Positions 54,901-55,264 of a stretch of DNA of 55,264 nt are shown piece after piece. A program made the translations under genes and the position numbers. Numbering within the stretch: position 1 is the first letter of the stretch; the number at the start of each line of letters is the position of its first letter. The stretch covers positions 1-55,264 of the forward strand of contig CDRNVI010000082.1 in the NCBI GenBank assembly GCA_977017575.1, given 5' to 3'. The notes under the pieces were generated by a model. That model was not told where the DNA came from and did not search any database. It saw only the letters and a list, made by a program, of their open reading frames with translations. The DNA comes from Paramoeba atlantica. Lineage: Eukaryota > Protista > Discosea.

Positions 54901-55264
54901 AAGCACAATGTCTGGTAGGTATGGGTGCGATGTGGCATTTCGTGGATCGTATAGAAGAGAAAAACCTTTTGTTAACAACGATGTGGTCAAGTTGCTTGGT
55001 CATTCCCTCTGGATGCCGACGCGTTTTAGGAAATATATACGTCCATTTTCTTCTTTCACAACAGCCTTCATGTACAGATTGAGCTCCAAGCGAGCATAGT
55101 AGCTTTAGTAACTGTTTTGCACGCTTTGTATAACATTTTCTCCCCCCTGGGTTGAGTAGCGGCGAATTTAGATCTCCACTAATGATTCTTACCATACTAT
55201 CATCGCCATAACATGCATCGAATAAGTCTTCGTCAAAATTTTGTTGCGTCGATTTGTTAGCTTT
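51989..55264 (-). mobile_element. APE-RT-RNase H LINE (RTE-like motifs), frameshifted, 3'-truncated; 5' end beyond window
   Basis: APE: IISGDLNS, WTY..QLDHIVVN. RT: WRPICL, NQFGFRPNRST, FVDFQQAF, GTLQGDVLAPYLF, YADD. RNase H: YTDGA, QEIES, TDSEY, KVKAH..NYMAD. Confidence 0.92.

Overview
Eukaryotic, intron-less DNA that looks kinetoplastid/euglenozoan (inference). Every recognisable host gene from 0.6 to 34.5 kb is on the + strand, as in a polycistronic gene cluster. These are seven short LRR paralogues, a degenerate ALDH-like gene with a Ser/Pro minisatellite, an LCAT/PLA2-type lipase, RNase H2 subunit C, ALG11, an R-SNARE, an EHD/dynamin-like NTPase and three orphan ORFs. Spliced-leader (SL)-like sequence occurs three times. 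The window is heavily invaded by mobile DNA: (1) a decayed RLE-type non-LTR retrotransposon (7.8-13.6 kb) that begins with a 28-nt SL relic and carries four CxHxC..CxHxCC fingers; (2) two short elements headed by SL-RNA-like sequence, one retaining a 14-nt GT..AG segment and one lacking it exactly; (3) two related tRNA-headed SINE-like inserts, one with a 7-bp TSD; (4) a decayed ~10 kb Helitron (Zn-finger array, Rep, PIF1, captured RRM) and a family of non-autonomous repeats that appear to share its termini and end in a ~120-bp palindrome; (5) TIR MITEs and fold-backs; (6) an APE-RT-RNase H LINE running off the right edge. The most promising novel system is the set of SL-headed retroposons. 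All calls are by-eye motif recognition, with no database searches.
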